The notes beneath the pieces are model-generated. The model searched no databases. It was not told where the DNA came from and worked only from the letters and a program-made list of their open reading frames with translations. The translations under genes were made by a program, and so were the position numbers. Shown here piece by piece: positions 22,506 through 34,778 of a DNA stretch of 64,000 nt. The DNA comes from an uncultured Methanomassiliicoccales archaeon. GTDB lineage: Archaea; Thermoplasmatota; Thermoplasmata; Methanomassiliicoccales; UBA472. The stretch covers positions 384,001 to 448,000 of the forward strand of contig OY968769.1 in the NCBI GenBank assembly GCA_963695345.1, in the 5' to 3' direction. The number at the start of each line of letters is the position of its first letter. The first letter of the stretch is position 1.

Positions 22506-25500
22506 TCATGCTTTGCGCTTCCGCAACACCACCATCACCAGCACCAATACTCCTATGGCTACGAGAATTCCGATGACCAGGAACATAGTCATGTCCCCTC
22601 CGGTTATCGACGCCCCGTTCTCACCGGCGCTCTCCGCAATGGATGTCATAGTGAGATGTCCCAGTTGCTGGTCCGCGGTGACGGTCAAGCTCAGGTCGAG
22701 CCCTTCCATTCCTGACGCGGTGACGTGCAGCTGTTGCTGACCCGAATCCACATACACACTGAACTGTCCATGGGCGTTGGTGATTAGGGTCTGCCCTCCG
22801 ATGGTCACCGTGGCACCGGATATCGGCTGGTCGTTCTTGTTGACCACGGTCCCGCCGATAACGAACCTGCCCGGAGACTGTTCACCGGACACGACGTTGA
22901 ACGCCCATGAGTATGCAAGCATGCTGTTTCCCGAGAGGTCCCGGGCGCCGGCGATCGCGACGGTATAGTTGGTCCCGCCGACCAGTGTCCTGGTCACCTC
23001 ATAGGTCGTGCCATTCAAGGAGAACTCGCAGACCTCCCCGTTCACAAGTACGGACATTCCAGTATTGTTGACGGTCTCGGAGAACCTGAATGATATCCTG
23101 TCGCTCGTTCCCGCGTTGGAGGTGGCAGGGGTATGCGCCACTATGGTTGGTGCAATGGCATCCACCGTAAGGTTGACGTATCCAGTAACGACCCGCCACG
23201 CCCGGTCCGTGACCATCAATCTGAACGTGTGGTTGCCAGACGTCATCGCGACCGAGACCGACGATACGCCTTCCATCAGCCCGTGACCAGCATCATTATC
23301 GATGCTATACATCACCGATGTTGTCCCTATGACGTCGGTCACGTTCCAGGAAAAGACGACGTTGGACGTGTTGACCAGGGACCCGTCCGGCGGGATCAGG
23401 AAATTGATCACCGCCGGGTTCAGATCGATCGTGACGTTAACCACGGCAGACCGGGAGTTCCCAGCCACATCTATGGCCCTGACATGTATGGCGTGGCGGC
23501 CTTCGGTCAGCACTAACGGCGCGTAGAGGCTTGTCCCACGCGATTGCCATTCACTGCCGTCGACCTTGACCTCATACGACGCGAGTCCGCTTCCGAACTC
23601 CATGCCGGTCCAGGTAACATTCAGGTCAGGCACGGAGAAGTATCCTCCCTCGAAGGGAATGGTTATGCTCAGCATCGGCGCCACCGTGTCAATGAAAACG
23701 TCGATGTGAGCTGCCCGGACCTTGCCGGACTTGTCTGAGGCTATGACGTTGATCACGTGGCTGCCGTCCATCAGGCCGGTCAATTCCACACTGGTTCCCG
23801 TCCCCTGGCCGGTCATCGGACCGTAGTCGATGCCCACATCATAATGGTCGATGCCAGAGCCCTGGTCGAGATCCGCTCCACGATATCGTGACGGTGTTGA
23901 CGGAATAGACCGTGTGGTTCGCCGGAGTAAGGATGGTTATCGTCGGTAGGGTATAGTCCACCAGGAACCTCACTTGCTTCTCGACCGAGCTCCCAGCCTT
24001 GTCAAATGACCTGACATACACCGAATGGAAGCCCTCGGACACGTCCAAGAATGTGTGCGTGGAAGCAAGGCCTTTGTCTATCCATCCCAAGCTGTCCAAC
24101 CGAACCTCGGTTCGATCCAGCCCGGAGGGGCTGGCGGCCAGATCGAAGGCGTACCAGGAGACCGGAATGTCCTTGACAGACATCACGGATCCATCCGCCG
24201 GAGACAACGAGTCCAGACTGGGAGCGACCGTATCGACATAGAAGTCGAGGTAGTACACCCTGATGTGGCCGTTGCTGTCCGACGCCCTCAGGTAGAAGGT
24301 ATGGCTACCATCGCCCAGGAGGCTGCTGAAGGTATAGGTTTCGGCTGAGCCAATTGAGACATACGCCTCCAGGTCCCAGCCGACATTGTAGTAGACGACC
24401 CCCATCCCCGCATCAGTCCCGGTCCAGGAGATGGTGGGAGTGCTGTCGTTCACGGCGGTATGGTTGCCCGGCGTGGTTATGGTGGCCACCGGAGAGCCTG
24501 CATCCACAATGAACATGCGGACGGCCGTGCCATCATTGCCGGCCCTGTCCACACCCTTCACGTGGAGATGGTGCTGTCCGTCGGACAATGAGGTCCAGGT
24601 CTGGATATTGCCATAACCGACGTTCAGCCAGGGGCCTTCGTCCATGTATACCTCGAAATGATGCAACCCGGACCAGGTGTCGGTGGCATCCCAGGAGAGC
24701 GTGACGCTGTCGGATGTGAATACCGCACCGTCAGTGCCCGGACTGGTTATCGTGACGGTCGGGTCCGTGTCCTCGGCTATGGGGAAATAATCGTATTCAT
24801 CCCCGCCGAGGATAAAGAGCGGGGCATCGACGATTCCATCACAGTTGACATCGGGGTAACACCAGTCGGACCAGAAATTGCCTATGCCGTCAGGGGCGGG
24901 CGTGTTCCAGTGATTGCTTCCCGAATTGTCATCGTATGCTTGGTTGCTTACAGATGAATATACACTTGTCGACCCATGGTTGAACAGGAATTGGTTATGG
25001 TGCAACATGGCATTCTCGCAGGAGTACATCACCACGCCGGCGTCGTCGTTCCTATAGAATATGTTGTTTGTGATCACATCGGACGACGTGCCTTCGATCA
25101 GAACCCCCATCATGCAGTGGGACACGTTCACGTTCTGAATGATCGTGCCTGCACCACCGTGGACATAGATGCCCATCGCCCCTCCACCCCCGGTCGAATC
25201 CGTGATGTTGCCCTTGCTTATCCAGGTGCTCAGACTATTGAGGACATAAGCCCCCCATTGGGATGCGTCGATCTGATTGTCTTCGAGGAAGCAGTTGGTG
25301 CATATCTTAAGTTCGATACCGATGATCCCGTTGTGGAATATGTTGGTCAAGAATTGCGCATCCGCGCAATCCTCGGCATAGACCCCGTGGGCGATATTGC
25401 CATCGAACGTATTTCCAGATACCACACATTCGTCCGATGAGATGAGATTCAACCCGTTCAGGTTCAAAGAGAAGAAATTCTCGATGAGACTGATGTGACT

Positions 25501-27135
25501 GACGCTGCTGATCAGCACCCCGTGAACATTGTCAGAAATGGTGTTCCATTTCAGGGTTGTATGCTCTGAGGATGGGATGTGGACACCGTAGTCATCGAAC
25601 CCATTGATGGTGTTTCCGGTGATGCTGCAATTGTCCGATCCGCTGGCTCCCAGTAGGATAATGCCGGAATTCGCCCCGTTCCTGATCTCATTGTAGGAGA
25701 GATTTGCCCAGGTGGCGTCAGATAGCCAAATGCCATAGGCATTCCCCAGCAAATGACAGTCCGCGACCTTTTCATGATCGGAATTGTACAGCTCGACGCC
25801 CTCCTGGTTCAGGTAGGCCCGGACCCTCAGTATGGAGGAGTTGTCAGAATTCTGGGTGAGAATCCCGATATACAGATTGGCCATGATGTTGCTGTCGATC
25901 ACACGACAGAGATGGCAGGCGTCGAAGACGACGCCGTTGTAGCCATTGCGGGAGGCGTTCACCGCAAGAGTGCAGTTGTTGCTGCTGGTAACTGAGAATC
26001 CATTGACGACGTTGTCCGTGCTCTTCGCGGTGGAATATATCCAGGACGACTGGACTATGCGGAATCCGGTCTCGACGGTCCTGCTGATCACGTCATCCCA
26101 GAGGTACGAGTTCCTGCAATTGCTCAGATAGATCCCGGCGACGGTGTTGAAGAACATGACGTTGTCGCTGGTGGTGATGTTCTCGCATCCGTTGGCGTAG
26201 AAACCATAGGAGGAACTTCGCGAGCAGTTGTTATCGCTAACCGTTATATGGTTCACACCTGTGGCGTAGATCCCCCTGGGATTGTTGACACAGATATTGT
26301 TCATCACGAAGCAGTTATCGGCAGAATTGATCTGAATGCCGCTGTAAAGATTGCCATAGACCTTGTTGGCCGCGATCAGGTTATTGTCATCCAATACGTA
26401 GATGCCGGAATATGTGTTCGCGCTGCAGTTGTTGAGGTCGATCTTGTTGCCGAACGATCCGGATTCGATCGATATTCCATAGACATTTGCGGATGCGTAG
26501 TTGTCGCTCAGGATGTTCTGGTAGCTTCCGGAGATGTAGAAACCGTAGGTATTGCGAAGTAAGGTGTTGTTGTCGAACTTGCACCCATGGGTCGATTGTA
26601 TGGAGGTCATTCCGCTGTAAGAATCGGCGCAGAAATTGTGATGGACCTGCACCGATGTGCAGGAAGCGATCTTGATGTTTGCGTAGGTGACATTGTTGAT
26701 GGTATTCCCGTATACGACACAGTCATGAGAATTTTGGATTGTGATTCCATTGTAGGCGTCGAAGACCAAGTTGTTGCAGACCTGGATATGACTCGATGAG
26801 GTAACGAATATCCCGTCCCCATTCCCGATGTTGAAATTCAGGTTATGGGTATTATTGACCACGCAGTTCTGGATGATGACATAGAGATCGATGTTCATTA
26901 ACGCCATCCCGTTGACGCCGTTGTTCGCATCGATGTTCAGTCCTTCGATGATATAGGGATCGAGCGAGCTACCATCGCCATCCAACGAGTGGTCGGTGGC
27001 ATACGTGGCCATGGCCGAGTCTCCATCGATCGTTACTGGAGCGTCAGCGGCGGTGGCATTTCCGGTCATGAGGACGATAGTGACCACCAGTATCATTCCA
27101 AATATCGTTCCTGATGCAACCTTATGTAACGACAT
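22506..27135 (-). CDS. Large cell-surface protein (~1540 aa): NosD/right-handed beta-helix repeats, multiple Ig-like domains, carboxypeptidase-regulatory-like domain, TM anchor; frameshift at ~23860
   Basis: GDGSSLDPYII, many GI.L..S.N..I..N repeats, GNFWSDW, DxAGN/VDTVAP Ig repeats, C-terminal TM followed by RKRKA. Confidence 0.9.
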
Positions 27136-27537
27136 GAAAAGCACCCGAACGATGAAAAAACCCGGTTTTGAATATTTAATCATCGATTACTGGCTATCAA
27201 AGTTGATAATATGCGGATGCTCCTCCGCGTATTGCCTGAGCTGGTTGTAACGTCGTCTTGAAGAAACGTTCCTATCAAAATTGAAACGAGACGGGGCGGA
27301 CATGGAATCAATGGCACCTATCCCTTGACCTGATGATCGATGAAAAGAGAACATTTTCCTCAGACCTGCCGATGGTCAAGGGTCCATTGCCGGCTGATGG
27401 TTTCATATTGGAAAAGTCAGACCTTACAGCGAATAAAAAAATCATAAATAGTCTGAACCGAGCGTCTGATTATTATTGCCTGGATCTCTCCAAGGATTAG
27501 GCAGAGAGGGTTTGATTGAGATCTGTTAAGTCGATCC

Positions 27538-27933
27538 TCAGATTCCCCTGGTGGTCGTCCAGAGGCCCATTGTGTTGCCCTCGCTGTCCTCGAAGTATGC
27601 GAAAAAGCCCATGGTGCCGGCCGCCGTCTTTTTCATGATGGTCTTGCCGCCATGCTTCTCCACGCTTTCCAGTGCCGCGTCGATATCATCGACATCGAGA
27701 GTGATGATGGGATTCTTGTTCGGATCCTGTCTGGGTACAAGTCCGCCGTTGATCGCACCGGCATCCTTGGGCATGAACTTCTCGTTCACCGGTGTCGTGC
27801 CCACCGATTGGTACTCCACGACAGGATCGAGAGGGAACATCTGCCATCCGAAAACGTCCACATAGAATTTCTTCGCCCTTTCCATGTCATCCACAGGAAC
27901 CTCGAAATGTACCACTTTGGCTTGTCTTGCCAT
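27538..27933 (-). CDS. VOC/glyoxalase family protein
   Basis: VVHFEVPVDDMERAKKFY, INGGL and FEDSEGNTMGLW. Confidence 0.9.
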   Translation of the reverse strand: MARQAKVVHFEVPVDDMERAKKFYVDVFGWQMFPLDPVVEYQSVGTTPVNEKFMPKDAGAINGGLVPRQDPNKNPIITLDVDDIDAALESVEKHGGKTIMKKTAAGTMGFFAYFEDSEGNTMGLWTTTRGI

Positions 27934-28082
27934 GATATCGACCCAATCCAATTTCTTTTGAACGGGGCGTAAATAATGATTTGTAACAATTCTGCGCGGA
28001 GTATCGTCCAGATGCCGTGGATTCAGCGATGGCGGATACCGGTTTACGATGCCCAGATATAAATGGGGCTCGACTGTCGGCT

Positions 28083-29291
28083 CTATAGGTGAGTTTGATT
28101 TGCCCGCCTAATCCTGACCCACAAGCCGACCATTGCTACCGCCGTCACCATGCCCATCGCGGATATCGATCCCCAGAATAGCCAACCGTCGTTCAGGTTG
28201 TCATAGAGTAGGCCCCCGACCAGGGTCGATCCGAACCAGCCGAATGATCCGATCAGACCGAATATCCCCAGATACTTGCCGCGCTCGGTCTCGCTGGACA
28301 TACTGACCGTGAGGTCCGTGGCCACCGGGACCACAATAATCTCACCTATGGTAATGACCACCATCGTGATCGCTAGAGTGAATCCGTCCGTTACCCCGGC
28401 GACGAAGAAGTACCCCACCGCATAGATGGCCGTCCCTAGGGTCATGGCCAAGTATTTGTCCCTCTTTTCCAAAGCTCGGGCCAGTGGCATCTGCAAAAGA
28501 ACCACCATTATCCCATTCAGACCGAACACCAGTCCGATGGTCAGGGTATCGATGTGCACTTTCTCGTTGGCGTAGACGGTATATGTGGTCCCGAACTGAC
28601 CAGACATCAGGAACATCGGAATGCAGATGAGGCAGAAGATGAGGAAAAGCACCTTAACATTGCGCATTTCCTTCAATAGGGTGACACGCTCCTTGGCCGG
28701 TCCCGGAGTGTAGGATTCGGTCAGCATGAAGGCCACAATGAGACCGGCCATTAGGGATATCACGGCCGAGACCAGAAATGTGGCGGAGTAGGAGAACACC
28801 AGCAGAACTCCCCCGATCATCGGGCCGAAAGCGAAACCGAGGTTCCATGCCACCCTAAGCAAACCGTAGGCCTCCAATCGCCTGGCCGGTTCGACCACGT
28901 CTGCCACCATGGCATTGTTGGCAGGGTCGAACACTCCGCCAAAGAACATGCTGAAAGAGAGGACCGTGGCCACCACCAAAATGTCGGGCCAGAAGGCCAC
29001 CAGGAATGCAAGGGCAAAGAAGGTGACGCACCTAAGCATCATCGAGTAGGTCATCACACCGAGGCGGCCATATCGGTCTGCCATGAGTCCTCCGACCATA
29101 TTTCCAGCCGCGCCCGCGAGGCCTGAAATAAGTAGCACAATCCCGACCGCGACCATAGGCATGCCCAGAGCCTGGTACATGAACAGGGCGAGGAATGGAC
29201 CGACGATGCTGAAGCCTATGCCATCGATAAGACGGGAGATGAACAGCACCCACACCCGGTGGTCATATCCTTTGAGAATGAACCTTTTCAC
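28083..29291 (-). CDS. 12-TM MFS transporter
   Basis: GGLMADRYGR motif A; about 12 hydrophobic helices. Confidence 0.9.
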   Translation of the reverse strand: MKRFILKGYDHRVWVLFISRLIDGIGFSIVGPFLALFMYQALGMPMVAVGIVLLISGLAGAAGNMVGGLMADRYGRLGVMTYSMMLRCVTFFALAFLVAFWPDILVVATVLSFSMFFGGVFDPANNAMVADVVEPARRLEAYGLLRVAWNLGFAFGPMIGGVLLVFSYSATFLVSAVISLMAGLIVAFMLTESYTPGPAKERVTLLKEMRNVKVLFLIFCLICIPMFLMSGQFGTTYTVYANEKVHIDTLTIGLVFGLNGIMVVLLQMPLARALEKRDKYLAMTLGTAIYAVGYFFVAGVTDGFTLAITMVVITIGEIIVVPVATDLTVSMSSETERGKYLGIFGLIGSFGWFGSTLVGGLLYDNLNDGWLFWGSISAMGMVTAVAMVGLWVRIRRANQTHL

Positions 29292-29472
29292 CGGATCACC
29301 CCATTCCGGAAAGCAGTCATTATGTATACTGGCATGGACGATTGAACATGATGTAGGGCATACTTATCTGCTTTTTGCCGGAAAAAACCCTTGACCTTCG
29401 ATTCTGCTAAGAACGTCAATCAACATTCCGATTTGGCCTTGCTGTTCCCGATGATGGATCGAACCAGCGAGT

Positions 29473-31167
29473 TCAAGGCTTTCGATTCGGAAGGGCGATT
29501 CTCCATTTTCCTTCCGGGATCTTGATCTCGAATCTCGCCCCCTTCATATACTCCCCGCTCTCCTTGATCCCGATCCCGGTAATGGCCAGAATCTGCATGC
29601 CCAGGTACAGGCCGAGACCGGAATCCTTTCCAAAGCCCTTCAGGAATATCCGGCCTTTGTCCTCTGGCCTTACACCTGTTCCATTGTCCTCATAGACGAC
29701 TGTGTAGCCGTCGGCGGACTTGAAGGCGGACAGCTTGACCTGGGTCACTTTCGAGCCATGACGATTGGTGTTGTCCAAGAGGATGTAGAACAATCTCTCT
29801 AGCATTGGGTCCGCGTATATTTCGAGGGAGCCGGTATCGACGATGTACTCCACTCCTTGCTCGGCGCAAAGGACCCTTGCTCTCTGATAGACCTTCGTGA
29901 CGTTCTGCCATTCCGGCGAGACGATTCCCACTTTTTCATAATCTCTGGTGAAGTTGATCAGGTGTTCGATCGCCACCGTGGAATCCATCATCTTCCTCAG
30001 ATATTCGCGGGCCTGGGAATTCTCCTCGGTCTTATCGTTTAGCAACTGCCCATATCCACGGATGACCGTGATCCGGTTCAGGATGTCGTGCCTCGTGACG
30101 CCGTAAAGAACGTTCAATTTGGAATTGGAGGAAGCGAGCGCCTCCTCGGTCTTCCTTTGCGATGTGATATCCCTGAGGATGAGCAGCTGACTGACCTTCT
30201 TTTTGTCCACCAGAACCGGGGAATGGCGTACCTCGATTCTAAGCGTCCGACCATCCGGGCCGACCATCTCGGTGATCGCGGACCCTTCTTCATCCGGCCC
30301 GATCGCGGCGTGCACCGCCGGCAGAACCGAACTGATCGGCTTTCCGAGAGGGAACCCCTTCTCGCGGTGCACCAGTTTCTCAGCTGACAAATTCAGGTAG
30401 GAGATGATCCCGTCCTGATTCAACATGATGGCACCGTCCTGCATGATATCAGCGATGGAATTGAGAGCGAGCGGCGTGGCATAGAACAGGCCGTATCGGT
30501 AAACGACGAGATATAGCACACATCCTGCCAGGAAGAACCCGAATAGTATCAGATCTATGATGGGGAAAGATATCAGGTTCCCAAGGCTCAGCAGGACCAA
30601 TGTTGTCGGAACGACCGAAGAGAACAATATCAGGCCCACCTGGGCACGCCGAACCTTCGGTGATTTGATGAGCGCGACGGCGGCGATCGCTATCGCAGCT
30701 ATCTCCATACAGAAAGAGTATACTACTTGGGAGATGGAAACGATACCGTCCACCGCCCCAAATGGCTGAAACTCTCCTTCAACCAGGAATGTGCTCTCGA
30801 AGAACAGATGGTGGTAATCATTGGTCCACAGCATCAGTAAACAGAAGAGCGGGACAATGGAAATCAGGGCGATATTTCTCCGCGTAAGAAGATCATCTCT
30901 GCCAGAATACCTGACCATTATGAGGAGGTATAGTACGGGGATGCCAACCATCCCGAGATATTCCAGACCGTTCCAGAATAGCTTGTCTGACAATGTTGTG
31001 CTCAACAGCTCCAAGACGTAGGAGACCGCCAGGATGTTAATCAGCAGGGACATGGCGACGAAAAAAAACTTGAATTGTTTGTTCCCCTTCTTCCAGAATA
31101 GAACAGCCAGGACTATCGACATGATAGCTATGGTCGTGTCTAGGAACAGAGAGGCAACGTAGGACAT
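29473..31167 (-). CDS. HisKA_7TM-PAS-histidine kinase
   Basis: WTNDYHHLFF 7TM motif, TRHDILN, NTNRHG and GLGL. Confidence 0.9.
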   Translation of the reverse strand: MSYVASLFLDTTIAIMSIVLAVLFWKKGNKQFKFFFVAMSLLINILAVSYVLELLSTTLSDKLFWNGLEYLGMVGIPVLYLLIMVRYSGRDDLLTRRNIALISIVPLFCLLMLWTNDYHHLFFESTFLVEGEFQPFGAVDGIVSISQVVYSFCMEIAAIAIAAVALIKSPKVRRAQVGLILFSSVVPTTLVLLSLGNLISFPIIDLILFGFFLAGCVLYLVVYRYGLFYATPLALNSIADIMQDGAIMLNQDGIISYLNLSAEKLVHREKGFPLGKPISSVLPAVHAAIGPDEEGSAITEMVGPDGRTLRIEVRHSPVLVDKKKVSQLLILRDITSQRKTEEALASSNSKLNVLYGVTRHDILNRITVIRGYGQLLNDKTEENSQAREYLRKMMDSTVAIEHLINFTRDYEKVGIVSPEWQNVTKVYQRARVLCAEQGVEYIVDTGSLEIYADPMLERLFYILLDNTNRHGSKVTQVKLSAFKSADGYTVVYEDNGTGVRPEDKGRIFLKGFGKDSGLGLYLGMQILAITGIGIKESGEYMKGARFEIKIPEGKWRIALPNRKP

Positions 31168-31263
31168 TCAGGTCAGCGATTTTAATGTAAATACTTTATG
31201 ATATGCATTACTGTCCGTTGGGTGAGAATCACAAGGTGAATGGACCGGCTGTCTAAGATCGGG

Positions 31264-31860
31264 TCAATTTACGGCTGCGGATCCGTTGGAAGGATGCGCG
31301 TCATTGTCTTTATTGCCTGATGAGTGATCCGACCTTGGCTTTTTGGCGAGGTAATCAATTTGAATCAGTCCAGACGAGAATGTTCGGTTATCTTTCAATC
31401 TGAGGTCCTGTCTGGGAAGACCAGACCGGAACATCGGAATTCCCTCCCCCAGCACGACCGGGTGGATGGAAATGATATACTCGTCCACCAGCTCATCCTT
31501 CATGAAAGCGTCGATCAGGTCAGACCCACCCACCAGCCATATGTCGGATCCTTCTAGTCCCTTCAGACCGTGGACGAACTCCTCCACGGGCAGATTCACG
31601 AACTCCACATTCTCATCGCCCCCCATCAGGGCCCTGGAAAAAACGTAACAGTGCTTGTCCGGGTAAGGGAACGGACCCATCCCAAGCACCTGGTCATACG
31701 TCCTTCGTCCCATCAGGATGGTGTCAACCGAGGCAAGGAACTCTGCGTAGCCATAGTCCTGGTCGTTGAAGAGCCAGCTGATATCGTCATCCCTTCCGGC
31801 AATGTATCCGTCCAGGCTGCAGGCGATAAAAAGTACGACCTTCCTCCCTTTTCCTTCCAT
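31264..31860 (-). CDS. Dihydrofolate reductase/RibD C-terminal family protein
   Basis: IACSLDGYIA, MGRRTY, IWLVGGS and PVVLGEG. Confidence 0.9.
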   Translation of the reverse strand: MEGKGRKVVLFIACSLDGYIAGRDDDISWLFNDQDYGYAEFLASVDTILMGRRTYDQVLGMGPFPYPDKHCYVFSRALMGGDENVEFVNLPVEEFVHGLKGLEGSDIWLVGGSDLIDAFMKDELVDEYIISIHPVVLGEGIPMFRSGLPRQDLRLKDNRTFSSGLIQIDYLAKKPRSDHSSGNKDNDAHPSNGSAAVN

Positions 31861-31927
31861 CGATAACCACATTTGGATGATTGAGGTCCCATTTATCTTA
31901 AATGATGCTGCCGGGCCGCTAATAACC

Positions 31928-32869
31928 TCAGAGATCGAGCAGGCGTTCCAACTCCCCTTCCTTCATCCTGATGATCCCAAGGCGGACCAGATCGGGTGTG
32001 AACATGCGCCAGTTAGGGTTCTTCGAGAACACCTTTCGGAACAACGGGACCGCCTCATCGAAACGGCCAAGCCCAGCCATTGTGGCAGCGTGCCAGAACA
32101 TTATCTCCTCGTTCCCTGGGAACTCACGCTCGGCCGCCTTGTATTTGGCCATCGCACCTTCGACCCTTCCGGCTTCAAGATCCCTGTCCGCTTCGTTCAT
32201 GTGTTCGTAGGCCCGATGGACCCGGAGCAGCCTTCGAAGCTCTCTCAGCGGTTCCCCATGATCATCCACCCGGATATCGATCTTCCTGTCCCTCCATGGC
32301 TCCCCGGTCGGACTCCCGGTCAGGACCAGCATGGCGGCGGACTGCTTTCCCCGGAAATCCCCTCCGGCCCCTTGGGCGGCATCGAGCGCCGCCATCATTC
32401 GCTCGGCCAGGTCTCCCTTTCCGGCAAGGAACGCCTGAGACATGGCCGGCCAGACCTCCTTGTTCAACATCATGTTCGCTTGGACCGAGTGTGCATCCCC
32501 GACGAAATGGCCACAAAAGGGTACGCATCCGCTTCCGGTGAATGAAGCCGCTATACCTTTCGAGCTCATCACCGCCAACTGCCTCACCGCACGCCCTTTG
32601 TCGTTGCCAGTCAATTGCTCCACCACCCTATCGGGGAGATGACCTTCCCTGAGCAAGGCCAATCCCTCCGGTCCGTAGGATGGGTTCGTGAATGATTGGG
32701 TGGCGATCATGCCTACTCCGGCTTCTCCCCAAAGGACCATTGTGCCGACAGAGAACCAGTGGGACTGCACCGCGCCTCCGATCTCGCCGGTCTCCGGGTC
32801 ATGGGCAAGAATGGAGAAGGTATGGGCGAACGGACCTTTTGCCGGCCAAATCGAAGGATCCGGTCTCAT
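31928..32869 (-). CDS. DUF1028 (Ntn-hydrolase-like) protein with C-terminal TPR
   Basis: HTFSILAHD, ATQS, QANM, GGDFRGKQSAA and RVDDH; TPR-like helices at the end. Confidence 0.9.
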   Translation of the reverse strand: MRPDPSIWPAKGPFAHTFSILAHDPETGEIGGAVQSHWFSVGTMVLWGEAGVGMIATQSFTNPSYGPEGLALLREGHLPDRVVEQLTGNDKGRAVRQLAVMSSKGIAASFTGSGCVPFCGHFVGDAHSVQANMMLNKEVWPAMSQAFLAGKGDLAERMMAALDAAQGAGGDFRGKQSAAMLVLTGSPTGEPWRDRKIDIRVDDHGEPLRELRRLLRVHRAYEHMNEADRDLEAGRVEGAMAKYKAAEREFPGNEEIMFWHAATMAGLGRFDEAVPLFRKVFSKNPNWRMFTPDLVRLGIIRMKEGELERLLDL

Positions 32870-32915
32870 GAGCTAGAGGACAGGGCTCCATGGTTTTGAA
32901 GCCTTCTATGTTGGC

Positions 32916-34199
32916 CTAGTATCTGAGAATCCGGCCCCTTAAGATCATCAGGGGGAAGATAACCCCAGCGACCATGGCGGCCGCGATGAAGAGGGTTTGA
33001 AGCCCCACCTGGACAGTACCGAGGAGTTCTGAGACGGTGACCGAGGACCCATGCTGTTCCATGGCGAAAACGCCCTCGATGAACTTGATCCCGAAATATC
33101 CCGGAATCATGGTCAGTGCCGCGGAGACGGAGATGACGATCTCTGGGACGCGCAAACGGGAGGCGAACAACAGCGCCAAGACCGTGATGAAGGACACCGA
33201 TATCAGGGTTGCCAATGCGATGTCCGCTCCTCCGTTCACCAGAATCAGGCGGGACGCTCTGCCGATCGCCCCGCATAAGGCACAGGCCAACAAGGGATAT
33301 CTTGGCGTATGGAACAGGGCTCCGAACCCGAAGGCGGCGATCGCTCCGAGCAGGGCGTCGTAGGCGATGCTGTCTGGCCATAAGAGGACGGGCACGAGCG
33401 GACCTTGAGTTGGGACGGGGAACAGAGCGATCGCGACGGTGGTGCCGAATGCAATGATCGCCAGGGTTACCACGACCATGATCAGGCGGGACAGGCCCAA
33501 CAGGTTGTGGTTCCTGACTATCTCGATGCCGCCATTTATGAACTGCACCCCGGGGATAAGGAATATGACCGATACGATCAGTGACACGTCGGTGGCGTTG
33601 GTCAGACCCAGACGGGCCAGCAGACAGGCGGATATGGCCCCGATCAGGGTAGCGGCGAGAACGTTGACGTAATAGTTCCATCCCCGCATGCCCATGGCCC
33701 GATAGACCAGGAAGGAGAGCGCGGTTGCCGGGAGCACCACCAGGACAGAGGACAGGTCACCCCCGTTCAGGAGGCCGAACGCGGCCATGGCGACCGACGC
33801 GACCGCCATCATCGACAGGATGCCTTTCGATCCGCGGTCCCGGTTCATCCGGTCCAGTTCCGCCCTGATCCTTATATGGTCCGTCTGGTAGGTGAGGGAA
33901 CGGAGCATTGAGCTGATTTCAGAAACGATCCCGTTGTCAATGGTACCGGTAGAAGGGACGGTGTCGATCTTTGTCCGGTATTCCGCACCCGCGACCGTCG
34001 TGACCATGATGGCGTCCGGATTAACCAGTATGCGGACGTCCCGGCCTCCGAGGTGACGGTTCAGGACCTGCATCGAATCGATGATCCGCTGGGCCGATGC
34101 ACCAAATCGGTAAAGTGTTCGACCCAGATACAGGAGCAGGTCGACCGTTTCATCCGGAGGTGCGGCGCATGTCACGGCGATCTCCTCGTTCCTTTCCAT
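32916..34199 (-). CDS. ThrE-family threonine/serine exporter (fused form)
   Basis: LYRFGASAQRI, FGLLNGG, LIPGVQFING and MIPG. Confidence 0.85.
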   Translation of the reverse strand: MERNEEIAVTCAAPPDETVDLLLYLGRTLYRFGASAQRIIDSMQVLNRHLGGRDVRILVNPDAIMVTTVAGAEYRTKIDTVPSTGTIDNGIVSEISSMLRSLTYQTDHIRIRAELDRMNRDRGSKGILSMMAVASVAMAAFGLLNGGDLSSVLVVLPATALSFLVYRAMGMRGWNYYVNVLAATLIGAISACLLARLGLTNATDVSLIVSVIFLIPGVQFINGGIEIVRNHNLLGLSRLIMVVVTLAIIAFGTTVAIALFPVPTQGPLVPVLLWPDSIAYDALLGAIAAFGFGALFHTPRYPLLACALCGAIGRASRLILVNGGADIALATLISVSFITVLALLFASRLRVPEIVISVSAALTMIPGYFGIKFIEGVFAMEQHGSSVTVSELLGTVQVGLQTLFIAAAMVAGVIFPLMILRGRILRY

Positions 34200-34203
34200 C
34201 CTG

Positions 34204-34533
34204 TCACCCCATCTCGAACGGGGTGATTCGGAAGATGCGATGGGTTTCCTTGTCCGGGCCTATCCGGGCATAGATCCTCATGGAGCCGAACACGCCCTTC
34301 ATCACGATACAATGGGCAATGTCGATCGCCCTGAATAAGAACCGGTTCGGATATGTGACCACCGCTATGTCTCCAGCCAGCGCTCCCTGGTAGTAATTGA
34401 TGTGAAATCCCGGGGGGTCGGCCCTACAGGAGAATTGATTGTGATGATGACCGGGATACGACGCCTCGGTCCTCGCCCCATGGCGGCAGGTCCGGGCGTC
34501 ACTCTCAGCCCTCTGACCGAATGCGATATCCTC
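34204..34533 (-). CDS. Hypothetical protein (N-terminus uncertain)
   Basis: Open frame ending 4 nt before the thrE-like start; no family recognised. Confidence 0.4.
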   Translation of the reverse strand, partial: EDIAFGQRAESDARTCRHGARTEASYPGHHHNQFSCRADPPGFHINYYQGALAGDIAVVTYPNRFLFRAIDIAHCIVMKGVFGSMRIYARIGPDKETHRIFRITPFEMG

Positions 34534-34693
34534 CATTCTGAACACCTGTGCATCCAACGAGTGCCATCTGATGATTAAATACCGTTGGATGCAGGCCCGA
34601 AACTGAGTAACGCCGCTATACATGCGTAGCACGGTCAACCGGTGGTCGTTCCATCCAGGGTCCGCAACGATAAGCTATAATATGCTATGAAAA

Positions 34694-34778
34694 TAATAGG
34701 GGGGTAGCGCGGGGGTTAGAACTACGGGGATCTTGGGGAAAGACCTTTTGGAGGACCCCCACGCCAATTCTACCTATT
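34694..34778 (-). ncRNA. Candidate structured RNA or leader
   Basis: Nested stems on the minus strand: AAUAGG/CCUAUU, GCGUGGGGGU/ACCCCCGCGC, GGUCUU/AAGAUC. TATA-like TTATTAA just upstream. Confidence 0.35.

Noticed and set aside
34204-34540. Pyrrolysine read-through in an alternative frame (PDLPPWGEDRG...ILL-TAG)
   Set aside because: The sequence after the TAG is not protein-like without a further frameshift; unsupported.
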